From an uncultured Candidatus Poseidoniales archaeon (lineage in GTDB: Archaea > Thermoplasmatota > Poseidoniia > Poseidoniales > Poseidoniaceae): a DNA stretch of 64,000 nt. Under the pieces are notes generated by a model. It saw only the letters and a list, made by a program, of their open reading frames with translations. It was not told where the DNA came from and made no database searches. The first letter of the stretch is position 1. Each line of letters starts with the position of its first letter. Shown here one piece after another: positions 18,276 to 26,879 of this stretch. The position numbers and the translations under genes were made by a program. The stretch lies in assembly GCA_963997415.1 (NCBI GenBank), contig CAXEMN010000004.1:2969-66968 (forward strand). The letters are read 5' to 3'.

Positions 18276-19217
18276 TCACACATGTCGTTGCATCACATAA
18301 TCGGTGATGTGAAGCATCAAGCTCTTTGCTTGGCTCTCAGGAAAGGCATCGAGTTCTAAGACGGCGCGCTCGAGATGGGTTTTGACAAGAATCTCAGCGT
18401 AGGTTAAACTGCTTGAGCGATCAAGTAATTGCATGAGTTCTTCGAAGTGTTTGTCACTAAACGATTCAATCAATTGTGCTAATCGTTGGCGTTCTTTTCC
18501 ATGCGAGAGGGTCAACGCATGAATCAAGGGCAACGTCATTTTCCCCTCTAGAACATCCGCACCACGCGGTTTACCCATGCGCTCATCACCCCGAAGATCG
18601 AGAAGATCGTCGACCAGTTGGAAGGCAATGCCGAGTTCCATTCCGAAGCGACCAAGCCCTGCCGCTTGCTGCTCTGTTAAACCAGCAACAAGACCTGCAG
18701 CATGACACCCTGCAGCAAATGGACCTGCTGTCTTTCCACGGACAATGGAGAGGTAATCTTCAGGCGAGGTAGCAAGATTGAGAACGTGATCAAGCTGATG
18801 GAATTCTGCAACTGCTATGTCAGCACAACATTTCGCCATCAAGCGTACAATGTTCTCGTCATAGCGGCCTCCAAGGCCAAAACCTTGGACAAAGAGCCAG
18901 TCGCCGGCGATGACCGCCTTGGCGAGGCCTGCCCTGGTGTGAATGGTTTCAACACCACGTCGAAGTGACGCCTCATCATTGATATCATCGTGAACAAGGG
19001 TTGCCGTGTGGATCATTTCGAAAGCGAGGGCAAGTGGCATGACTTCCTCAACATCTTCACCACCTGCAATTTCATGCGCAAGCAGAATCAGCAGAGGACG
19101 CAGGCGTTTTCCACCTGCAAGTAACATCGAAGCGCAGAGCTCTGCGACTTGCCCTGCGCCGTTTTGAATTTCGTCATCAACAAGCGCTTCGAGTGCGGCG
19201 TCTACGTGCAGACGCAT
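18276..19217 (-). CDS. idsA: geranylgeranyl diphosphate synthase (trans-polyprenyl synthetase)
   Basis: First and second Asp-rich motifs LVHDDINDE and FQLVDDLLD. Start trimmed to MRLHVDAALE; ORF extension to 19385 rejected. Confidence 0.75.
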   Translation of the reverse strand: MRLHVDAALEALVDDEIQNGAGQVAELCASMLLAGGKRLRPLLILLAHEIAGGEDVEEVMPLALAFEMIHTATLVHDDINDEASLRRGVETIHTRAGLAKAVIAGDWLFVQGFGLGGRYDENIVRLMAKCCADIAVAEFHQLDHVLNLATSPEDYLSIVRGKTAGPFAAGCHAAGLVAGLTEQQAAGLGRFGMELGIAFQLVDDLLDLRGDERMGKPRGADVLEGKMTLPLIHALTLSHGKERQRLAQLIESFSDKHFEELMQLLDRSSSLTYAEILVKTHLERAVLELDAFPESQAKSLMLHITDYVMQRHV

Positions 19218-19338
19218 GACCTCCAACTGGTCGCTCGCTTCCAAACCAATGCTCGCCACGAAGGCTCCTACAACGGTGCCCTTCTTAACCGGTAGTCTCC
19301 GCCCTTGTAATGTGAGGAGCAATCCTCGCCGAGGTGAG

Positions 19339-20460
19339 ATGATGACAGAAAAGGTACGCCTTGAGGTCCTCACCACGCCGTCCAACAGGGACGGAGTACG
19401 CCGTCAGATTGAGAAAACAATCGAGACAAACCGTACCAAATTTGACTTTGTCATGAAGCAAGTTCCTCACATGGAAAGTGCCATTGAGACCCTCAAGGAT
19501 GGGAACTGTGATTTCTTAGCCATGAGCGCTCACCAGTGGAGGGACTTAGAGCATAATGGATTGAACATCATTGGTGTTTTGCCTCGAAGAGAACCAACAT
19601 GGGTTCTCGTTTCTGAAGACAAACCAGAATACCTCCAATCAAAAGCCATTGTTGTCTGCGACCACATGCTTTTGCGCCGGCAAATGAGGCGTCTTCGTTC
19701 AGATTTGATATTGATGACCTCGCAAGCATTTGCGGAATCCATAGGCAAGGGCGAGACGTTTGCTCAACTTGATGAGGAGGATCGAGTGCCTTGGCTTGAA
19801 GAGTGTCGACAAGAGGAGATGCTTGATGGCTACATTGTCAATCGAGGAGAACACGCAGCTCTGAAGTTCAAGGCTCGCAGACACACGCTTGGTTTGCAAA
19901 GAGACAATCCAGAACGAACACACTTTGTGCCCCCTCCATTGCATGGTTTTACTCTCTTAGTGGCTCGCAGCGGATTCCCAAGCGCAACCGTACAATCCAT
20001 GTGCGACCAGGGCGCATTCATTGCCCACAGGATGGAAATGGCCTTCCTTGCATCAATTTCGGAAGACCTCCACCCCATCACTGGGATCTTTGTTGAACAA
20101 CGCAAGGTTGCTGCAATTCTTCGTGAAGCCAACCGTTCCAAGGACGAACATACGCTTGAGAGCGTTCTCGATGTTGAACAAAAAATCAAGTTTGCTGGGC
20201 CGAGATTGGAAATGCGAATTGAAACGCTCAACCATCATGGAACAGTCACTGCTGCCGCTGAACGAGTCTGTCTGGTTGAGGAAAGCCACATGGGCATGGT
20301 CAATGTCCTCAAGGAATTCCAAATTCTTCTCGAAACGATGCAAAGCGAGCACGAGGAAATTCCACGCACCCATGCTGGTTTACCAGAGGAGTTCAGTCAC
20401 GCACGAGGCCCACTGTTGGACTTGAGCGTAGTTCATTCTGATTCATTGGAAGAAGAGTGA
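19339..20460 (+). CDS. hypothetical protein, periplasmic-binding-protein type-2 fold, distantly HemC (porphobilinogen deaminase)-like
   Basis: Order of segments (RLEVLTTPSNRD, DFLAMSAHQWRDLE, VLPRREPTWVLV, VVCDHMLLRRQ) parallels HemC blocks (IGTRGSxLA, DIAVHSxKD, RxDPRDVLV, GTSSLRR), but key catalytic residues are not all conserved. Weak call. Confidence 0.2.
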   Translation: MMTEKVRLEVLTTPSNRDGVRRQIEKTIETNRTKFDFVMKQVPHMESAIETLKDGNCDFLAMSAHQWRDLEHNGLNIIGVLPRREPTWVLVSEDKPEYLQSKAIVVCDHMLLRRQMRRLRSDLILMTSQAFAESIGKGETFAQLDEEDRVPWLEECRQEEMLDGYIVNRGEHAALKFKARRHTLGLQRDNPERTHFVPPPLHGFTLLVARSGFPSATVQSMCDQGAFIAHRMEMAFLASISEDLHPITGIFVEQRKVAAILREANRSKDEHTLESVLDVEQKIKFAGPRLEMRIETLNHHGTVTAAAERVCLVEESHMGMVNVLKEFQILLETMQSEHEEIPRTHAGLPEEFSHARGPLLDLSVVHSDSLEEE

Positions 20461-21077
20461 GCTTCACCCAGCAGGGCGTTGTATCCCTGTCGTTCGATGT
20501 ATGCTTCAAGTTCAACCATCTCAGCAGGTTGATTTTCCTGACTGAGTTCCATAATCGCATCATCGATTTCACGGCCATGGCGCTCCCATGTGCCTGCAGA
20601 ACGTTGTAAATCTGAGGCAAAACGCTCAACGACTTCGACGGCAGAAAGTGTTGGATTCAAAACAGTGCTCAGCGATTCTACAACCTCACTGTTGGTGCTT
20701 CTGAGTTTAGCAAGACTGTTTGAAAGAGCGACCAATGCCGTACGTAATTCCTCGACATCATTTGATTTGGCGAATTTGCGTTGAGCACGATCTAAGTCCT
20801 TCCTCATTACACCAACACCGGCGATAATGGCCACCTTAGCCTTCGCAGATTGAAGAATGACATCCTCGGCTTGATCAAGTCTCGAAGCAAGGGCTTCCTC
20901 AAAACCAGAGCGTTGTGCGCGAAGGTCTGCGCGAATCATTTCTTTGAGGGATTCAACCATGTCATGTGCATCTTTCAGGCCAGCCTTTGTTGCCTTGACG
21001 TTCTTGCCCATGAACCCTGATTTGGTCGACAGGTTTTGAAGCCATTGGCGTTCATCGAAAGAAGCATCGAATTTCAC
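20433..21077 (-). CDS. hypothetical coiled-coil protein
   Basis: 214-aa product with heptad-like Ala/Leu/charged repeats. No catalytic motif. Confidence 0.35.
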   Translation of the reverse strand: MKFDASFDERQWLQNLSTKSGFMGKNVKATKAGLKDAHDMVESLKEMIRADLRAQRSGFEEALASRLDQAEDVILQSAKAKVAIIAGVGVMRKDLDRAQRKFAKSNDVEELRTALVALSNSLAKLRSTNSEVVESLSTVLNPTLSAVEVVERFASDLQRSAGTWERHGREIDDAIMELSQENQPAEMVELEAYIERQGYNALLGEAHSSSNESE

Positions 21078-21180
21078 GCTTGAAGATAAATCATCAGGCT
21101 CCGAAACGGCGATTTAGCCATCGCATCACGGCGAAGGCACATATACCCCTTTGAGCCGAAACCCAAAGGAAGGTGCTGTG

Positions 21181-22962
21181 ATGGTCGACAAGGGCGAACT
21201 CCTATCCGAACTCTATCAAGCACGGTTTGATGGTTTGAAGGAAATCGCTGTGGCCTACAATCTTCCAAAAACTGGTTCAGTTGAAACCTTGAGAGCAAGG
21301 CTGATTCAACACCTCATTCTTGATGAATGGGACCTTTCGCCTGAAGGTATTGGAAACCTCATGAATAACGAATTGGGGGAACTCCTGGGGGTCTTTGGAA
21401 TCAAGAAATCTGGCTCACTTCGTGCACGAAGGCAACGGCTCTACCTCCACCTCAACCATGATGCTAAGCGGCTCATCCCTGAATCTCTTGATTCAATGAC
21501 ACGCGATGAATTACATGCCATGTGTAAAATTCTCGAATTACCTCTTTCTGGTGCAAAGCAGACACTTCTCGTGCGTGTTGCCGGAGTACTGGCCTCCCAA
21601 GATGGGGGATGGGGCAAGGTCAAGAAGAGCCTACGAAGGCCTCGTTCCAACGCCAAAGCACTCCCTTCACCCGCATCGCCTGTACCAAAGCCAAGCGAGC
21701 CGAAAACAAATCCTACTCACGATCATGAAGCAGTGATTGAAGCGGCAGAACATTTTGTTTCCGAACACCCAGAAGGGTGGACGTTCGAAGAAGAAACTGA
21801 ACTCCGAACCGAACTCGCCCAAGAAGGTATTCCGATTTCAAAGGCCCCGATAGCATCCACACTCGATGAAGCTCTGCGCAAGGGCGGTATCGAAGAGACC
21901 GATCTCGCCGAAGCACCGTCCATGGTCCAAGTCGCAGAAGCAGGAAAAGAGGAACACACCCTTGAGGTTGAAGCCTTATTGCTGGACATTAAGGCGCGCT
22001 TGCCGGAGATTGAAGCTGCTGGAAGAGACTTCCTCGCCGTGAGCACCACCAGCGAGCCCGATGACCTCCAAGCGTTCATTCAGAGTCTGAAAAGCCATGG
22101 TTTTGCGACCGATGTTCCTGCTGTACAAGATTCGATTCGAACGACGTTAATGGATCTCGAATTCCGGTCTGAGAGTGAGAAACAAGCAATCCACACCATG
22201 CCAAATTCATGGCGAGAGCGAGAAGCGCTCAGGGTGTTCGAAAACGCTAGAGAAAGCCTCAGAGGTCAACTTGACGATACACTCGCAGCACATAATGGCG
22301 ACTTGGTCAAAGCCCGAATGGCGTTTGAAGACGTCGGACGAACAATGAATCTCGACCTTTCGATACCAAGTGTATCTGGTCGACTTCATGCCCTCTTTGA
22401 TCTGCATGTTGACATCAACCAAGCGCAAGCCCTTCAGGACCCTGCAATCGCTCGAAGAAACCGAATTTTGAGGATCCTCCAGCATGGTGCAGTTCACCTG
22501 AGCAACACTGAACGGAGCACACTCGATCGATTAGAACGAAACATTGCTGCCTTCGAAGAACTTGTTGAGACCATTCTGGAGAGCAGTGAGGGGACGTTCA
22601 GTGAAGCTCAACAGGCGTTAGTCATACGTTTCCTTGAATCACGTGGATATGAAGTGAACACCGTTGATCTCCGCCCACGTATTTTGGCATGTGCTGGAAT
22701 TATTGGAGCCGAACTTGGCTTCATTTCACCTGCAGAAATTCCAAGAATTGCACCAGGAATTATGATTTCAGACACCCAAGTCGATGCGATTGTTGCCGAA
22801 CTCAAAGCCTTGGCTGAGGCGTTCAAGCCCGTTGAAAGGACCGAGATTACTGAGCCTGAGATGGAAATTGCTTCATCGGTCGCAGATGCTTCTGACCGAC
22901 TCAAGTCTGCCCGCAGCAAAATCGATCATATCGATGATTTACTCGCACGTTTGCGAGGATAA
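21181..22962 (+). CDS. hypothetical protein with two N-terminal SAP-like DNA-binding motifs and a long helical C-terminus
   Basis: LPKTGSVETLRARLIQHL and LSGAKQTLLVRVAGVL resemble the SAP LxxLxVxELRxxL helix-extension-helix. The remainder is acidic and helical. Confidence 0.35.
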   Translation: MVDKGELLSELYQARFDGLKEIAVAYNLPKTGSVETLRARLIQHLILDEWDLSPEGIGNLMNNELGELLGVFGIKKSGSLRARRQRLYLHLNHDAKRLIPESLDSMTRDELHAMCKILELPLSGAKQTLLVRVAGVLASQDGGWGKVKKSLRRPRSNAKALPSPASPVPKPSEPKTNPTHDHEAVIEAAEHFVSEHPEGWTFEEETELRTELAQEGIPISKAPIASTLDEALRKGGIEETDLAEAPSMVQVAEAGKEEHTLEVEALLLDIKARLPEIEAAGRDFLAVSTTSEPDDLQAFIQSLKSHGFATDVPAVQDSIRTTLMDLEFRSESEKQAIHTMPNSWREREALRVFENARESLRGQLDDTLAAHNGDLVKARMAFEDVGRTMNLDLSIPSVSGRLHALFDLHVDINQAQALQDPAIARRNRILRILQHGAVHLSNTERSTLDRLERNIAAFEELVETILESSEGTFSEAQQALVIRFLESRGYEVNTVDLRPRILACAGIIGAELGFISPAEIPRIAPGIMISDTQVDAIVAELKALAEAFKPVERTEITEPEMEIASSVADASDRLKSARSKIDHIDDLLARLRG

Positions 22963-24201
22963 TCAGCGGCTTGCGTAGAAACTCTGGATGAGTTTTGTGA
23001 CCCTTTGAATGTCATTGATGTCTCTTGAGATCATGTCTCTAAGAATTTCTTCTCGTTGAGTGACATGCTGTTCGAAGACATCTGGAGAAATTCCTGCAGC
23101 TTTGCAGATAGTTTCACGTAGTTTGGATGGAATTCCCGTTTCCTCAATTCGATCGGTTGCAGCGTTGTACTTCCAAATAATGTTCAAGCGGGGTTTGTCA
23201 CCCTCCATTCCTGCCACCTCTGCTACTTCAGTAATCTTACGAGCGGTTTTCCCGTTGACGTGAAGACGTGCCTGGATGATGATGAGATCAAGACCACTCA
23301 ACATGATTGGAGGGACGCTCATTGGAGGGTTGATCATCCGTGTCACGGTCTCCTGAGCTGTATTAGCGTGCAGGGAACCGAACGAGCCATCGTGGCCCGT
23401 GTTCATTGCAGTGAGAAGCGTCGCCGCTTCAGGGCCACGCACTTCACCCACAATGATTCGGTCAGGGCGCATTCGCAAACTGGATTTCAGGCAGTCGTTC
23501 ATGTCAATTTCTGAAGTTCCATCTGGGCGTTCTCGGCGTGTTTCCATTCGTAGCCAGTGGTCGTGATAGACTTGCAATTCAGCCGTGTCTTCCACTGTGA
23601 GCAGGCGTCGGTGCCATGGAATGTACATTCCAAGACAGTTGAGCGTTGTCGTTTTACCAGAACCTGTACCACCCGCAATGACAAAGTTTGCAGGGCGACT
23701 ATCGAGGCCTTCAATCCAAACCCACATCATTGCAGCGAGGCGGGTATTCACCGTTCCGAACTTAATCAAATCAATCATTGTCAATGGATCTTCCTTGAAC
23801 TTACGAATCGTGAGGGTTGGTCCGTCAGGTGAGACTGGTGGAATGGTTCCATTGACACGGGAACCATCATGAAGACGACCGTCGAAAATTGGAACCATGC
23901 CCGGTCCGTCCCCAAGTGGGACATTCGTATAGGAAGCAATATTCTTGGCAATTTGCAATCCAGATTCATTATCGATGATCAGATTGGTTCGACACATACC
24001 GAACTTTCGGTGTGCAACCTTGACCTCTTGTTCCCCACCGTTGTACATGACTTCTTCCAAATTATCGTCATCGAGGAGAAGTTGCAAGTCGCCATGTGGA
24101 TTGGGTTCAGCAACCCCGTCTACATGGTAAATTGGCGAGGGGTGGTTGCCTTCAGTGTAAATCGTCACTCTTCCGTACTGCTCTAAAATTGTTTGAGACA
24201 T
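22963..24201 (-). CDS. type II/IV secretion-system family ATPase (TadA/CpaF/FlaI-like, archaeal pilus assembly)
   Basis: Walker A GGTGSGKTTTLNCL. Asp box and His box are characteristic of VirB11/PilB-family ATPases. 412-aa length is closer to TadA than FlaI. Confidence 0.8.
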   Translation of the reverse strand: MSQTILEQYGRVTIYTEGNHPSPIYHVDGVAEPNPHGDLQLLLDDDNLEEVMYNGGEQEVKVAHRKFGMCRTNLIIDNESGLQIAKNIASYTNVPLGDGPGMVPIFDGRLHDGSRVNGTIPPVSPDGPTLTIRKFKEDPLTMIDLIKFGTVNTRLAAMMWVWIEGLDSRPANFVIAGGTGSGKTTTLNCLGMYIPWHRRLLTVEDTAELQVYHDHWLRMETRRERPDGTSEIDMNDCLKSSLRMRPDRIIVGEVRGPEAATLLTAMNTGHDGSFGSLHANTAQETVTRMINPPMSVPPIMLSGLDLIIIQARLHVNGKTARKITEVAEVAGMEGDKPRLNIIWKYNAATDRIEETGIPSKLRETICKAAGISPDVFEQHVTQREEILRDMISRDINDIQRVTKLIQSFYASR

Positions 24202-24204
24202 TAT

Positions 24205-24936
24205 TCATCCTCCAATCATCACTACTGCACCGAGGTAAAGGCCCATGGACAAAGCAATCCAAAGTGGCATCCACCATAGTGCGTCTTTGAAGCGCCCTAA
24301 CATGCGTCCTGAAACACCGAGAGCAACCGCTGATGCGGCTCCAAAGAAGAGAGAAAAGGTTTGATTGAAACTGTCAATCTGAAAACCACTGGAAGCTGGG
24401 GCGAACAGCCCGACAATGAAAGCGATCAATACAGGGAGTCCGACGGATACGAACATGACGATAAGAAGCCCCCGTCCAAGAAGTTCTTCTTCACGTGTGT
24501 TCATCAAATCGTTCAAGCGTTCGTAATCCATAGCGAGGTCTGAAAGGATTTGTTGCAGAGGTGCATCCTGCTCAATAGCGGTTTCAATCAACACCATCAC
24601 CCTTTGAACCTGAGAGGAACGAGTCTTGGCTGCAAAAGCCGATAGTGCTGCTTCGAACGAAGAAGAATGGCTCTCTTCGAGGGTTTCAAGGAGGAGTTTA
24701 CCAAGTGGCCCGGGGACGTTTCGAGATTGTTCCATCATGGCTTCTTGAATACCTCGACCTGCGCCAACGGTATCCGAGAGCCCTTCGAGCAGGCCAGGAA
24801 GTGCGTTCTCTATAGAGCGGCGTCTTTTGCGCTCCATCATAGGAGGAATGCCGCCTGCTGCACAAGCAATACCGATCACAGAGAGGTAAAGGAGGAGCGG
24901 ACTTCCATTAAAGGTCTCAAGCAATCCAAAAATCAT
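24205..24936 (-). CDS. TadC/FlaJ-like pilus platform membrane protein, C-terminal T2SS-F domain half
   Basis: Polytopic, with a T2SS-F-like cytoplasmic helical domain. Starts 4 nt after the stop of the upstream half but in a different frame. Confidence 0.6.
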   Translation of the reverse strand: MIFGLLETFNGSPLLLYLSVIGIACAAGGIPPMMERKRRRSIENALPGLLEGLSDTVGAGRGIQEAMMEQSRNVPGPLGKLLLETLEESHSSSFEAALSAFAAKTRSSQVQRVMVLIETAIEQDAPLQQILSDLAMDYERLNDLMNTREEELLGRGLLIVMFVSVGLPVLIAFIVGLFAPASSGFQIDSFNQTFSLFFGAASAVALGVSGRMLGRFKDALWWMPLWIALSMGLYLGAVVMIGG

Positions 24937-24940
24937 CGAA

Positions 24941-25549
24941 TCACAACCCTGGGTCCTTTGTATGTGCTTTCAGACCAATTAACATCATGCCAATCAACGT
25001 GAAGACGAGACCGCCATTGACAACGGAATTGATCATGCCTTGATCGATCGAACCGACAATGGCTTCAGCACCATCACCAAGCAATTGTGGGACCAATCCA
25101 ACAATGGCGAGAATAATTGGTCCAATCATACCAATTGAGAGCAGGGTTTCAGGAACCGCACCGAGTTCCTCGATGTATTTCTTTACCGATTCAGTTCGCT
25201 CATTTTCCATCCTGACGCCTTGCTTTCTCAAGGTTTCAACGATGTCTGTGTTCTGTGTAACGTTGGAATACATAGTGTTGAGAAGACGTCGGTAGCCTTC
25301 GGATTCTGCTTTTTTCAGCAACACTTTGAGTTCTTTATCCAAACCACCAGAGGTTCCTTTGCGTAATCGCTTCATCATCGACGAAAAATCCTCAGAAATA
25401 ACGCCGTAGCCTCCGCTCCCAATCGTGTGAATAGCAGCTTCAAGACCAACACCTGATGACATTAAGACGTCGAGTGTGCGGATGACGTAGAGAATTTCTC
25501 TCTGCTCGTCTAACTTCCGCATCAAGTTCACCTCAAACAATATCTTCAA
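24941..25549 (-). CDS. TadC/FlaJ-like pilus platform membrane protein, N-terminal T2SS-F domain half
   Basis: T2SS-F-like domain followed by TM helices (IGMIGPIILAIVGLVPQLL...LVFTLIGMMLIGL). Confidence 0.6.
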   Translation of the reverse strand: MKILFEVNLMRKLDEQREILYVIRTLDVLMSSGVGLEAAIHTIGSGGYGVISEDFSSMMKRLRKGTSGGLDKELKVLLKKAESEGYRRLLNTMYSNVTQNTDIVETLRKQGVRMENERTESVKKYIEELGAVPETLLSIGMIGPIILAIVGLVPQLLGDGAEAIVGSIDQGMINSVVNGGLVFTLIGMMLIGLKAHTKDPGL

Positions 25550-25910
25550 TCAATTCAAACATGAAGGCCTCGCTTGTGCCTTCGTATTCCATTGCAGCAA
25601 ACAGAACTTTGACGTCCCGTTCTTCAAATGGATCGTGAATGTATGGTTGTCCACTTCTGAACATGCTTAGAATTCGCTTGTAATTCTCAAGATCGACTTC
25701 ACCTCTCACGGTGTAGACCGTTGATTCAGAGCCCTCGTCATGGAGGTTGTCGCCCTCTTCGCCACGAATGATGGTTCGTGTCAGTCTTCGGGTCAATCGT
25801 ACGTGAATATCACAATTTGGAATTCGTACCCAATCGGAACTTGTTGTCCCAGTTGCGGGACGAATAAAGAAATCTAATCCAGCCATGCAGTTGACCCCTG
25901 TGCTTTGCAC
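25533..25910 (-). CDS. hypothetical protein (pilus-locus associated)
   Basis: 125-aa ORF overlapping the start of the TadC-like gene by 17 nt. No recognisable motif. Confidence 0.3.
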   Translation of the reverse strand: MQSTGVNCMAGLDFFIRPATGTTSSDWVRIPNCDIHVRLTRRLTRTIIRGEEGDNLHDEGSESTVYTVRGEVDLENYKRILSMFRSGQPYIHDPFEERDVKVLFAAMEYEGTSEAFMFELIEDIV

Positions 25911-25949
25911 ATCACTGAGAAGGTCTTCAATGTTGGGGGGAGAAACAAA

Positions 25950-26879
25950 TCAGGATACGATTCTAAACCAGCCAAATCGAGGCTCGTGAAGAGTGCCTTC
26001 ATTGGACAATTCATCCAATTTCGATTCTGCCAACTGACGATCGATTCCACGAGCATCTGCATTGGTCAAGACGGTCTCAAAATCAACTCCATCACCCTGG
26101 TCAAGTTGAGCGATAATAGCGACGAGCGTCTCTTTGACATCATCTTCATCAGATGCATCGCTCGAATCAGAACTTTCCAGAGTCGTTTGTGGCGCAGGTG
26201 CCGGTTGGCTCGCAGCATCCATTCGTCCTTCAGCGATATCAAGCGCTTGCATCACATTGAGCGTATAGGTCTCAGTGTCAAATTCGCCATAGTGGTTCCT
26301 TGAAAGGAGGAGCCCGTCAATCATGTGTTCTGGGACACCAGCTGCTTTCAGGCCCTCTTGGGTCGGTTCTGCAGAAAGTGAATCATTATGGATTTTCATT
26401 CGCTGAAGTGTACCTTCAGATGCTCGTGTCAGCCAGAGTGCGTATGTTTTCGCATCAATTTCACAGGCTTCTTCGGGACGAAGAGAAGTGTACACTGCAC
26501 CTTCATCTGTTTGATACCAGCGTGATTTTGCGGTCATCAACAAAAGCACAGGTTCACCGACTTCCGTTTTCTCGACGAGCGAAAGCGTAAGTTCCCTCAT
26601 CGATTCCGAGGCGTAATCACCTACGGAGAAGTAATGCAAGCCCGATGGATCTCGCATTTGCCCTTGATAGAGCGTTGAGCCGTTGGATGTTTCTCGAACT
26701 TCAAGACGTTCCAAAAGGCCTGCTACGATGACACGATTGACCTTTGCACCAAGTTTTGTGATCACAAAGGATGGGTCATATTCGCCAGATCCCTTCTCAT
26801 TGAGGGTCGCTTCACTGAATTCAGAAGCGAGCATGTGCCATGCTGGTTGTCGTCGTACTCGACCGCCTGATTGCATCAT
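25950..26879 (-). CDS. RPA-associated protein (RPAP/RPA32-like OB-fold protein with acidic linker and C-terminal winged-helix-like region)
   Basis: OB-fold region VIVAGLLERLEVRETSNGSTLYQGQMRDPSGLHYF. Acidic low-complexity SSDSSDASDEDD. Overlaps the rpa stop by 4 nt (operon). Confidence 0.55.
   Translation of the reverse strand: MMQSGGRVRRQPAWHMLASEFSEATLNEKGSGEYDPSFVITKLGAKVNRVIVAGLLERLEVRETSNGSTLYQGQMRDPSGLHYFSVGDYASESMRELTLSLVEKTEVGEPVLLLMTAKSRWYQTDEGAVYTSLRPEEACEIDAKTYALWLTRASEGTLQRMKIHNDSLSAEPTQEGLKAAGVPEHMIDGLLLSRNHYGEFDTETYTLNVMQALDIAEGRMDAASQPAPAPQTTLESSDSSDASDEDDVKETLVAIIAQLDQGDGVDFETVLTNADARGIDRQLAESKLDELSNEGTLHEPRFGWFRIVS

Noticed and set aside
19218-19385. Long N-terminal extension of the polyprenyl synthase ORF (18276-19385), and the 19216 start of the opposing ORF
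   Set aside because: The extensions mutually overlap. Starts were trimmed to internal Met codons consistent with family lengths.
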